From assembly GCA_010015805.1 (NCBI GenBank), contig ML978125.1, positions 620,001-684,000 of the forward strand: a stretch of DNA of 64,000 nt. The letters are read 5' to 3'. Shown in pieces: positions 35,500 through 50,439 of this stretch. This DNA comes from Rhizodiscina lignyota (lineage: Eukaryota). The translations under genes were made by a program, and so were the position numbers. The notes under the pieces were generated by a model. The model saw only the letters and a program-made list of their open reading frames with translations. It did not search any database and was not told the DNA's origin. Each line of letters begins with the position of its first letter. Position 1 is the first letter of the stretch.

Positions 35500-38201
35500 T
35501 GTGGTTCTTCGACGCCCGCAGCGTCCTTCCTCTGGAGCTCATCCGCGTGCGGGAGCAGAACCTGCCCTTGCGGGGCGGTGACCAAAGCCCAGCCTATATA
35601 GCAGACACTACCCGGCTCATCGTGATGTGCAGAGGAGAATTTTTGGGCGTAGCGTGGACGATTGCAGCGGGTCGACGGTTTTGTTGTGGCAGCGGTGCGG
35701 CGGCGCCTTGAGGACTGCGGTGCCCGAACGGCAGAAGGCGCCGAAGGAGCGCGTCCAATGCTAGAGGAGAAGCATGTCGGGCAAGCCCCAAGCGAGTGAA
35801 GAAGCAAAGGAGCGTGTGTAGGGCGTGGAGTGTTGGAGTGGTGAGGTGGATGAGAGTCGTCGGAGCTGCAGCGCTGGTGAAAGGCCCCTCTCTGCCTCTC
35901 TTTTCGCTCGCGCTCTAGCGGGAAGGGTGTATCTAAAAACGGAGTAACATTAGCCGAGCGCTCACATGACTCGTTCTTTCTTTCAACGCGTGAGCTGGAC
36001 GGCGCGTGGGTGGAGGGACGGCTTCCTCACGCCTTTCCCTCCTGCTTGCTCACTTGCGCGGTTTTGGTCGTGCTAACAGCAGCCAAAAGCACCTAAACGC
36101 TCCTCACACCACTCGACCCCGGATCTGCATGCATACGAGCAGCACGTTTTCGCCTTCCCGCTCCGCTGCTTCAGCAACGGCGACGAACAATGCCTCTGCC
36201 CAACTTCGGCCAGCTGTCCCTTCCGTCACCATGCTTTATCACACCTTTGTTGCCCATAGACGCACCCTTCCCCAAGCACGCGGGTCCGTGCCCGGCCATT
36301 ATCTTCAATCATCAATGAGCAGAATCACCTCGAGCAGCTCCCGTGCCCTCGACCGGGGCTTACAGGTAGCCATTACACATGCCCTCCAACTGCCGTCCCG
36401 AAGGCATCCTACCACCCTCTATCCTACCTACTTGCTCGACGCACCTATTCCTAGCACAGCCCCGCATCCGCTGTGCTGGGAGGCCTGCTTCGTTTTCTGA
36501 TGTGTGATGAAAGAGCTCGTCATGACCCATCTCCACTAAATTTTCTGGAAGGCTTACATACGTCGTTTCAACCACCTTGAGCGCCTGCTGTTGCTGCATT
36601 GCTGTCAATGGGCGGGAGGAAGGGTCCGTCAGCCAGAAACGCCGAACGCCCATCCCACGCCTGCCGCATGATGGATATTCCAAAGCAGAAACATGTGTCG
36701 CACGCGACCTGTGGGCGGCTTCCATCGAACGACTCCGTTTACGAAGCCTCCCGTAGAGCCGATCCCGCAGCCTTGCCAAGGACGTGAATGCTCGTTTATG
36801 CTCATCTGGGCCTCGTTGCTGGGGTGCGAGTTCAGTTCGTGCACACATTGGCTGAAGCCATCTCATCCTCCGACAGCTCTCGGTTCTGCTTATCATACTC
36901 CTGCAGAGACCCTCCAACGAATTGTGGGGCCAGCCAGGTGCGTCATGCAGGACCTTGGGATTTTATATTTGGCCAAGGCGAATCTCGCCAGTCGTCTCAC
37001 GCATTTTCGTCCGTCTCGCTTTCTTTGAAAGTCAGTTGCTGCTTGCTCTATACGAAGCTCAGCCATTGAGGTCTGGGCCAAGGTGCAACGTCCCTTGCAT
37101 TCAAGAAATGGTTCCGCGGATGCACAGAGTCCTCTCATACTGCGAGTCGGAATCTGCGAACATCTAAGACTTTGCAATTCCCTTTTTGCGATCAGGCTCG
37201 CACTCTATCCGAAGCCATTACAAGTGGAATGCTTGATTTCGGATTGACATATTTGCATGCCTGAGAGGTATGCGTTTAATAAGAATAAGAGTCGACTTTT
37301 GTCTTTTCCGCGGATGCGAAAATTCACGAGTCTATCCTATTTTCTCTCTTCCTTGCTTCCAGTAGAGGCGTGCCATATTCGAAGAACGGATGCAGGGGTC
37401 AAAAACTATTCTATAGATAAAAACAACCTAATTGAGTCTATGTAGTTGGAATAAGAAATCATACATACACCCATTATTTCGTAGCTGAGGGGGGCGGTTA
37501 GGTGCCGTGGCACCCCATGGGCGTATCAGCCCTACGATAATTCCATAAGCCTTCCCAGCTACGCATGGTATATCTGAACGTCATGTCCATGATTAAGGAG
37601 TAAGGTCGAAGAATCACCTCTTCAGACCCTCCGGAGGAGGCGAGAATGAACGCATGCCGACATGGCCGAGGGGCCAGTCCACTTTGCTTTTTCACGAGCG
37701 GCATTCTCGTTTTGGCACTCTGCTGACACCGATTGAATTCAGGTTCAGAGAGCTGAAGTCGACATCCGAATCCTTTGCGATGAAAGCGCCAAAAAACCAA
37801 ATGACTAAGTCCAAGTAGTCAATACTAATGATATTGTTAGGGTTAAGTAGAGGGGATCTTTGCTCCCCGATGGCTGACTAACTAGGGATGTGGTTCGAAA
37901 TATCGTAACATGATACCTTTCTCGGCTTCGTCTACACTCCGTCTTTGACGGCGAAGTATGACTCCGTTAATGTAGGATCTCATTGTCAAAGCTCTCTTTT
38001 GCCTCACTTCATTTCTCAATTTCACACGACACCATTCAAACTCGAACCATATGTGAACATTGAATGTGCCAACCTCCAGGCAAACTGTTTCATCGAATTC
38101 CCATCATGTTGCTTCAATCACCTGATATTGAGGGCATCATTCCATAGCGACTCTTATTACGATATCTACATATTCATTCACGTCTAAAATTGCAATTGAA
38201 T

Positions 38202-39879
38202 ATGGTCTACTGCGGAAAGCCAAGCAAGTCATGCGAAGCATGTCGAACAACTAAAACCAAGGTGTGTTTTATTCTCGTTCTTCTATTCGGCTCCAGCTGT
38301 TCAACTGCTTGCCCATTTGGTAATATGACGAGAACAGTGTGACAAGGGCCTCCCATCGTGCGGTCAATGCATCAGACTAGGCCGCTTATGTCCTGGCTAC
38401 AGAGATGTGGAGGCTCTACTCTTCCGCAACGAGACGAATAAGACAGTTCGAAGGGCTCGATATGGAAAGCGATCGGATACGGTTTCTGAGCTGGTTTCTC
38501 CGTATACAAATAGCTACGCAGAATATGGTGTAATACCAGGCCCGGGACCTCCTCCGAGTTCAGCGAGGGTACTGGACCTTCCACCCTCTCTGCGTGATCA
38601 AGCAATCGGACTTTTTTTCCATCAGCTCTCAGCAGAACCCGGGTGCATCAACTACATCAAGCCTGTGTACAGAACCTTCGAAAATGGATTCCTAGAGGAC
38701 CTCTTCGAGTCAATCGGCTTGGCTTTTATGTCTGCTTCCACTTCTGGTAATAATTTAATGTCCGAGGCATGGAAAAAATACGCCAGCGTGTTGCGGTCGG
38801 TAAATACAGCTCTGGGAGACATGGGCAGTGCGACAAGTGACGAGACACTCATTGCGGTCTTGCTGCTTGCCTTGTTCGAGGTATTCAATTTGATTCTACT
38901 GTATTATTTCTTGCTAATATCCACCGCAGAGCATTACATGCGATACTCCGAGATCTCTGCGATCATGGGATCGACACTGTGACGGAGCAACAGCGATAGT
39001 CAATGCCCGCGGTACAGAACAATTTCAGAGCGAACTGGGCCTCAAAGTCTTTTACCATGTCCGCGATTACCTTGTAAGACGTCCCAAGTCTTTTCGAAAC
39101 ATTCGTTTCGCTGATGAACAAGGCAATAGATGATTCAAGCTTATCAAAAAAGAGTTTGCATCCCCAGAACGATTCTCGAATTAGCATGCGCGGCTGATGC
39201 TGTGGACCCTACGATTGATATCGCAGAGAAAAGCCTTTTCCATATCAATGCATCCGTCTGCTCTCTTCGGCACCAAGAAACCTCTACCAATGCCGATCCG
39301 TCAGGCCTCCTTTCCTTCGCCAAGTGCATCGACGAGGAATTCGAGAACTGGGTTGACACGATCCCAGATCACTACAAATTTACCATCGTCCCCGATAATT
39401 CGCCAGACACCCTCAACGGCCTCTATCACACCTACCCTAGTTTTGCAGCTTCAAGGATATGGAACATCTACCGCTGCGGTCGGATCCTCACACAAGAAGT
39501 CGTCGTCCGTCAACTGCTCTCCGGCCAAACGGGCTTGGATCCGTGGTCAACGAGTTCGCAGCTCCAAAGCTCTCGTGCCACGACTGCACAATTGTGCGCC
39601 GATATATGTGCCAGCGTACCATCGTTCCTTAAATCGGGCTCTCTACGGGCCGCCACTGGACATGCTCTGCTCTGGCCGTTGTATGTTGTTGCCACGACTA
39701 CGAATGTGGAACCGAGCACGAGGAGCTGGGTCGTTACTGAGCTGAGGGAGATATCGCGGCGGACGGCAGTGCTTCAGGGGATGGGATTGGCCGATGCGTT
39801 GAGCATGAAGTGGGAGATCACTTTGTGGAGTAAGAATGCCAGGATTGAAACAGTAGAGGATGACAATATGGAGTGGTGA
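38202..39879 (+). CDS. Zn(II)2Cys6 transcription factor with fungal TF domain
   Basis: MVYCGKPSKSCEACRTTKTK|CDKGLPSCGQCIRLGRLCPGYRD. Introns 38262-38337, 38881-38929 and ~39074-39129. Motifs DETLIAVLLLALFE, WNIYRCGRI and LLWPLY. Confidence 0.9.
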
Positions 39880-40442
39880 GTGTGCATGCTAGCAGTCATA
39901 CGTATCGTCAGCAACAAGTCGAATACAATTTGGACAATTTAAGGATCAGGCATTCAGAGCATCGAACCTGGAGCTGTTCGAGTCGAAAGAGAATAGCATT
40001 TGAGCATCGATGACACACTAACACGAACGAAGGTCTCGAAGATCTTGCGATGGCCCAGCACCAGTGACACGCTGAGTAGAATCTCGATAGCAAAACGTAT
40101 CATTGTTGCTGACTATCTAATGTTTGATCCATGAAGTCTATTTTATCACAGATACATATCTTAGTATCGATTTTGCTCTAAATAGAGCCTCGACACTTTT
40201 AATCGCATCCAAATTAAGCGTCATTTGGAACCAAAGAAGAATATCTATGACCATAAAGATCGCATCGGCTGGGTATCTCGTACATGAGCTGTGCATGGAA
40301 CTGGGCGAGTCTCAATAACATCGTCGACTGGGATAAATGAGATGCCGATCAAAATTACTTAGAAGCGCGTCGCTTAGGCAATTGTGGAGTAGCAGAAGAA
40401 GAGCGTTTGCCAGATGCCGTTGTCACATTTGTACATTTACGA

Positions 40443-41972
40443 TTACGCAGCTACCTGCTGCGTACGTTTGATGCCTTCATTAGCCATCTTAACACCCTCA
40501 TCCCAGCCCACGCCCTCTGCTACGTCTCTTGCCTTCTCGTACTGCCGAGCCGCTTCATCGTTCTTCTTGCTTCGTTCTGCGAGCTCGCCGAGGTTATACA
40601 AGGCAGCACATCTGGCCTGATCGCACTCTTCGGTTCTGTCCTCTGCCGGTACTCGCTCGGCAGTGGCAATGGCCATGTTGGCCCACTGAATGGCCTGAGT
40701 TACGGGGTCCACCATTGGAAGTGATGGTTCAGCTGGGCGATCTGGGCGTTTTAATGATGAGTCTGATGACCCTGGTTGTGGATTAAGCTTATTAAGTGGT
40801 TTCATAAAGCCACCGCTTGGTCTCTGTACCGGTTTAGTTGGTGCTGGATCTGATTGCGTCCTGGTAGTTGTTTGATTTGGTTGTTGAGAAAGGGATGTGG
40901 CAAGATTATTCACTACCGAACTAGTTAGACATATTTCTTCATGATGAACGGAGGGGATGGACATACTGAGAATGGCTGCGTGACACGTGTTGGTCGGACA
41001 CACAGTTAAGGCTTGAAGAAATAGCGGAGCAGCATATGCATGCTGGCCTTTCTCTTCGTACTCGTGAGCTAGCCCTGTATCTCGATTCAGTATTTGCGGG
41101 CTCAAATTAGATGAGAGTTCATCCATACGCTCCATTGTTCCCCCAAATTCCTCACCAGCAATCCACTCGCCTTCTCCTTGCTTTTCACCTTCAACTTCCC
41201 TCCGTCTCTTCTCCTTCAACAGTGTCTCGACCGCCCATGAAAAAGCATCTTCTGCTTTCTCGGACTCGTCAATCCACGGCAGACCGTACAGCTCTCCGAC
41301 TTTGGTACTACACCTCACCGCCCATGCCAATATCCTCGTTCTCTTCCCATCCTCAACGTGCTTATCTCCAAATAATTGCACCCACTTCACGCAGTCTCCT
41401 CTTATGCTCTCCAGCACGTCGATAGCTTGTTGATAATGGTAAAACTTCTCGAAGAACTCTGCATACCGGATCTTTATCCCAATGGTCATGTCTGAGAAGG
41501 GATCCATGCCAATCTCTTGGGCCATCATGAGCGCCCTCTTATGATATTTTAGCGCCTGTTTTGGATCTGGTTGTACGTATTCGTAGTGAAAGGCTTTCCG
41601 CAGTTCTTTCACGACAGGTTCTGGCATGCCGATGTATGGCTTTACGATGTATTGGTCATAGTAAAAGGGAAGGTAGAGGAGGAGGCCGGAAGAGAAGCTG
41701 AAGCTATTGGAGACAGTTAGTGGAGGTATAGACCACTCAATCTATGCAGAAGCGTACAGTACTACAAATACGGTCATTGAAACGGGATTCTGCCTCCATA
41801 ATTGCCTGAATCTCTGTCTCGTCGACATTCCCCTGCTCTGCACGCGGTGCTGTATGTGCGGTCGCGTTCGCGCTCGAAGCTCTGCAAAGGGCGTTGACAG
41901 TGGATGGCTCTGGCGGAAAAGGCATTGCGCACTTCTGGGAGCAGCAGCTCGTGGTATTATTCTGGAGAACAT
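40443..41972 (-). CDS. Mitochondrial TPR protein (Mgr3/TTC19-like)
   Basis: Arg-rich, almost acid-free presequence MFSRIIPRAAAPRS.., one TM segment, PEPVVKELRKA and TPR-like helices (YAAPLFLQAL, ALYNLGELAE). Three introns. Confidence 0.7.
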
Positions 41973-42726
41973 ATTGCACTTGTCGCAGCAAATGCGAAAG
42001 AAAAATGTCGAATGCAGCAGTTCGCTGCGATCATGACTTTCGACGAGAACAGACGGAACATGGAAGCTCTGACCAATCACATTGCAGCATGCTGGACTAC
42101 AAGTAACAACTTTCGCGTTCTTCCTCCTGGTTGACTTCTTCCTAAATACTCACTCTTCAACAATTTCTTATAGTCCTGTGAATTTGCGTCTAATCTTGGT
42201 AATTCTATCCTTCTCAATTTAAGGTCGAGCAATATTGCTGATGGCCGACTATGCATGGAACTCTCGGCGTTCGTTCAATGGCTCGAAAGCAGGCTCATGC
42301 AGCTTCGCAGCTCCGAGGCTCCTGGCCTGAATTACGGTCTCTAGCGATCGAGCAACCAACTATGCGATTCTATTTTGCCCTTCCAGGGTATCTCTCCAAG
42401 CAGAGATCGAGGCGTGTCACCGATTGGTATTTGATGCTGTGGTTGGTTGCTCAAGCCACACTTCCTGCGGAATGACGTCGGCATTTACCTATCTGCAACT
42501 TCCCCGATGATGGGAACCTTGACTTTGCCATGAAGAATTGCGTAAAAGTCACAGTTTCTCTGCACCGTTTCTTCTTCTGCATCTTGATACATCGCGCAGT
42601 TTCATTCGGCGTCGCTATAGTTTCCTCTGTGATACCCATTGAGTTCACTTCCATTCCATTGATTTTCTCCATTCTATACGTAAGCTTCTCGTACACCCAG
42701 CAAAGTCCCAAAGTACGGCGACGAAA

Positions 42727-44611
42727 ATGTCCTCTTCTCTCCCAGAGATCCAGCAGATCCCTGCGAGGCATGGGACTGCGACCTTCGTGCCGAAAGGTCA
42801 CATCATCAAAATCATCAATACCTATGGACGACAAGTCGTAGATACATGGGCTTTTGCCTTGCCCAATCCACCAACTCAGGAGGAGATGGATGAAGACGAT
42901 GAGAGGGAAGAAGAGGCAAGGAGAGTGCAGGAAGAGGTTGAGAATATGCAGGGGGAGGAAGAAGGTGGAGATAACGACGAGGCTGCCGGACAAGAGGAAG
43001 AAGCGCTGCAGGAGGGTGAAGCGAGTGCTGGGGCGGAGCAACAAGAGAAGGGTCCAGGCGAAGAACAAACCGGCAAAGGAAATGAAGAAGAGGTCTCAGG
43101 CGAAATTTCGCCTGAGAAGCACGAGGCAGACGAAGGTGCGCAAAAAGTTCCAGGCTCAGAAACAGAGACGGACGGCGAGAAAGCGAAGGATGCCGCTGCA
43201 CAGGCGGAGAAAGCTACACCTTCAAAGGCGGCCGGATGGGGTGCGTACATCCCTTCGATATCACGCTCCAGAGGTAGTACTGCTGGAGCAGAAGCAAAGA
43301 CGGCGCAAAAGAGCGAGCAAGAGAACAAGACACCAACCAAAACCGGTGAAAAGAAGACTTGGGCTTCATACATTACTAGGCAAGGTGGACCGTCGAAAGC
43401 AGAGGAGAAGAGCAAGGCAAAGGCGAAGGAAGGTGAACAGCGAACTTGGGGATCGTATATCCCCTCTGGCCAAGGTTTCTCGAACTATGTTCCGTCAAGC
43501 AGGAGTGTATCTGCGTTTACACGTAGTCACTATCGAGATCCGACAAAGTCAATTGCAGAGCAGATGTATGATTTCTCAAAGACTCCTGTTGGTGCCGGAG
43601 CTATATCAGGTACGATCCAAGCTACACTTACGTATAGATCAAGCTAAGCTAACTCGATCTCTTAACACAGCTGCCTCCGGCTCAGGCTACGCCGGCTCCG
43701 CCTACGCCGCCTACCAAGCATGGAGCAGTAAACAAGCAGCTCTTCAGACCGGCCCTCCGATGGAATACCTCAGCATGCCACACACCCATACCGCGACATT
43801 CCACCTCATTCCGAAACTCAACGACACTCTCGTCTCCAACCTGCGCAAGCCCATGCTCACAGTCATCGAAGACACCTCCGCCGTCCACGACACTCTCATC
43901 GCAGCCTGCGACCCGCAGCGCTACCGCGAGCTCGGCGTGCAGAACTGGGAAGAGCACGGCAGCTGCGCGGAGAACCTCGTCCTCGCCTTGAAAGAACTCA
44001 ACCAGAAAGCCGGACTGAAGGGGAGCAAAGCTGTTGGAACAGACGTCACGGTGAACACAGTGCCCGCTCCCTTGAATCTGTTTATGAATATTCCTTGGAA
44101 AGACGACGGCGTGGTGACGTTCGAGCCGCCGCGGGGGAAGAAGGGCGAGTTCATTAGGCTGAAGGCGGAGAGGGACGTGGTGGTCGTGATGAGCGCGTGC
44201 CCCATGGACGTCACGCCTGTGAATGGGGGCAAGTGCATGGCGGCGCATTTTATTGTGCAGGAACCGGAGAAGAAGACGCCGTTGAAGAAACCAGTCAAGA
44301 AGGCGGCATCAGCGGCGAAGAAGGCACCGGCACCACAAACTGCGACACCGCAGAAGCCGGCAATAGCGACGCCGACGAAGAAGACAGGCGGGCCTGTGAA
44401 GAGGCCGAGCCAGACAAACACGACAAATAGCCAAGCTGCGGCAGCTAGGAAGCCGAGCCAGCCGAGGAGAGCACCAGCGACGAACGGTGCTACGACTGGG
44501 GCGGCGGAGAGGAGAGAAAGTTCACCACAGGTCAATCAACCAAAGCCTGGGAGGCCAAAGCCGAAGAAGCTGGAGAAGAGAACACCGAGTCACACGAGCG
44601 CTGCGCAGTAG
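42727..44611 (+). CDS. DUF1989 (urea-carboxylase-associated family) protein with a large internal insertion, 607 aa
   Basis: IPARHG..IKIINTYGRQVVDTWAF, then after the insert EYLSMPHT..HDTLIAACD..HGSCAENL..PLNLFMNIP..VVVMSACPMD. Intron 43610-43670. Confidence 0.85.
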
Positions 44612-45237
44612 GCGTTTCGTACAACGGGACCGTATTTTGAGGTATGTGGTGCGGGGTGACCATGGTATTCTTCTATATGAAAGGAAATGAGCGCGTGTGA
44701 GGAAAGGGAAGCGGCGCTATTCGGGAATTTTGCAGGACGAATTCTCTCTTCTGGAAACTGACTTGGCGGCTTGCAGTTTGGATTAATGTAGTCAGGCGAG
44801 CAGGCGGCGGCTGAAAGCTTGAGATATCACAGTTCATCATTTTGGAGCCATCATTCTGATGAAAGGAAATATGTCATGTACTATGATTTACAGTAGTCAC
44901 TATTACGCCGTTTCAATTTCAAAATCAGAAATCAGCAGGAGCCCATTAAACACCACCGAGATTCCTGATGTCCCCATGCCGCCGCTCTGAATGCAAATCG
45001 CTCGTGCACGGTATCTGCGCGCCTCGAGCGTCATGAAGATTTGAAATGAGGTTCTGACTGAACATTCGGGATATTGGGGGAGGAAAGAACGATCAGGCCT
45101 GCCCAATCCGACATTTCTTTGTACGAGTTCGATCGATGAGGGTTTTTCTAGTTATACACAGTCGTTGAATCTGTGAGGGGGAAGACAAACGAGATGCAGG
45201 ATTTTGAGGTAAGAGGGAGTAGGTGACGCGGAGTAGA

Positions 45238-48268
<3,031 letters not shown>

Positions 48269-49680
48269 GGCGGGCGAAGCTTAAAGCTGGCTGAGACTGG
48301 AGGTGAAAGAATGGAGCGAAAGGTCGCGGTATCCTGCTGCCCGAGCGAAGGTGACGAGAGCAGCAGAAGAGGGTGAAGGAACGATGAAAGTTTCAGTAGG
48401 TCGAGTTGGATCAGGGCTGAGGAGGATGACTTGCTCTAATCCCGGGCGGGCGTCGACGTAACTTGTAGAGGAAAAGGCAGGCCGGGGGCGAGCAGGCAGG
48501 CTTGGCGGCGTGTGGAGGTGCCGTGCGTGCTTGAGATGTGTCGCTAGCGCCCCAAGATCGGCCTGAGCGCCGCAGCGAGCCAACCCAGACGCGCGCGCCG
48601 TTTGCTCCCCTGTTTCAGGTGCCGTCGACAGTGATGCGATGCGAATTTGCCGTGAAAGGGGCGTGCCAGTGCGGTTGCTTAAAGGAATAGGGTGCTCCGC
48701 GTTTCTTTCTTGCTGCCAACTTCCACCCCTCGCCCAGCGCGTCGTTGAAAACAGGCCCTTCAGGGTGCGAAACATCACACGCCTGCACCGCATCCAGCAG
48801 CGCGCATGCAACGCACCGCCAGATTGCAAATTTTTGCTGCTGCTTCCAGAAGGCCAAAAATAGGGCGCATGAACAGGCCGAGTGGCTACCGGCCAGGCGA
48901 TTCGCGCGTGCAACGTCGCGACTGGCCACCAGCCAATTTCGCCGCAATAAGTGCACAGCCTCACCCGGCTTCCCTGCATACGCGTCCGCTCCTCAACATC
49001 TCGCACTTCTGTGCTAGTGCGAGTGCATTCCCTATTCGAGCACTGCGCTCTGCTGTATCAAGTGGAATCAATTGTCGTTGACTCTCGGCGACTTCTGGCT
49101 TCAAGTCTCGCGTCCGTTCTGTGCTGTTGTCCGCGTCTTTGCTGCGAACGGTCAAATTCTTATCTGCAATCCGTATTGACCACCGCCTCCATCAGCAGCT
49201 GAGCACCTGGCCACCGTCTCATGCACTGCAACTGCGCAGCGGAGTGGCGCAGGTGCCTTTGAATTGAAGCCAACTGGTATGTTCGTCTGTTGTACCTTAT
49301 ACATAGAAGATTTGCTTTAAGACTTTCCCTATGGCGGAAGTCACCTGCTTCCGAGTCTTGATAATCCCATAAATCGCCCCTCGAATGGCAGCGCGAGCCT
49401 CATAACAGCTTTAAGTCTGATCTGAGCCACTCGATTAATTCCAATTTCATACGTCTGATCAAAGTAGCTTGACTTCCATGCCTACTTTTGGCATTATGAA
49501 TACAATTCTGTGAAGAAATGCGCCATGCTCCGCTCAAAATATCAAATCAATCACTATGACAGCCTCAGTGCTTTGCCTGTTTCACGAGAATGTCTCATCT
49601 TCGCAGTTTCTTCGCCTTGCTGCATGTTTATCTCGCATCGCTAACTAACAAGGCTTCCTGGTGCAGGGTTTCCAGAATCG

Positions 49681-50439
49681 ATGGCTCCCAGGCGGCCTCT
49701 GACCATTCTCTGCTGCCATGCAGTATACACTGGGACTGCCAATGACGACCCTTTCGACGAGAAGAACTGGGTCTTAAAGTCTTTTCAAAAAGCGGACGCA
49801 TCCAAGGGCAAAGCAGGCGAGCATACGACCTTCATCCAGCATCTCCAACTCGCAGTTCGCTGCTGGCAACAGTGTTCTAACGGTGTTCTCATATTCTCCG
49901 GAACCGCAACTGAAAAGTCGAAATGGGAAGGCACCGAGGCGAGAGGGTATCTGAATGTTTTAGACCATATCGTGCTAGATATCAAGAACAAGGGTAGAAT
50001 TCTGCTAGAAGAACATGCTACAGACAGCTACCAAAATATCCTGTTCTCAATTCTCTTGTACAACAAGAAGTATAGAGAATGGCCAGATTCCGTTACAGTA
50101 GTTACGCATGCGTTCAAAAGACATCGCATCATCGACCTTCACGCACGAGCAATCAAGTGGCCGCCAGCGTTGATCGACTTCCAGGGAATCGATCCGCCAT
50201 TCTCGGAGGAGGAGAGGGCAGCGGTGGAGAAGGCCGAGGCGAGATGCTGTGAGGATTGGGAGAAAGACATGTACGGCGTGCGTCCACCTCTGCGTCAGAA
50301 ACGGATCGAGCGTGGCCTGGACGAGGCGGCGACTATGCAGCTTCATGACGATGGAGATGTTAGAGGGCTTTTGGGCTGGGATGGCGGATGTCAGCCAGCT
50401 GAACTGTATCCTGATGAACTGCCGTGGGAGAAGCTGTAA
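49681..50439 (+). CDS. DUF218-like protein (yeast YOR238W family)
   Basis: ILCCHAVY, GEHTTFIQH, LIFSG, LLEEHATDSYQNILFSI and VTVVTHAFKRHR. A possible splice acceptor at 49666 means the true 5' end is uncertain. Confidence 0.7.
   Translation: MAPRRPLTILCCHAVYTGTANDDPFDEKNWVLKSFQKADASKGKAGEHTTFIQHLQLAVRCWQQCSNGVLIFSGTATEKSKWEGTEARGYLNVLDHIVLDIKNKGRILLEEHATDSYQNILFSILLYNKKYREWPDSVTVVTHAFKRHRIIDLHARAIKWPPALIDFQGIDPPFSEEERAAVEKAEARCCEDWEKDMYGVRPPLRQKRIERGLDEAATMQLHDDGDVRGLLGWDGGCQPAELYPDELPWEKL

Noticed and set aside
36498..36515. C-box-like GTGATGA (snoRNA candidate)
   Set aside because: No D box (CTGA) with a terminal stem at a suitable distance.
37836..37846. TTAGGGTTAAG telomere-like word
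   Set aside because: Fewer than two units; expected by chance.
42854..44611. 585-aa Arg/Lys-rich ORF overlapping the DUF1989 gene in another frame
   Set aside because: It starts at TTG. Its first half is an off-frame reading of T-poor acidic codons and its second half is simply exon 2.
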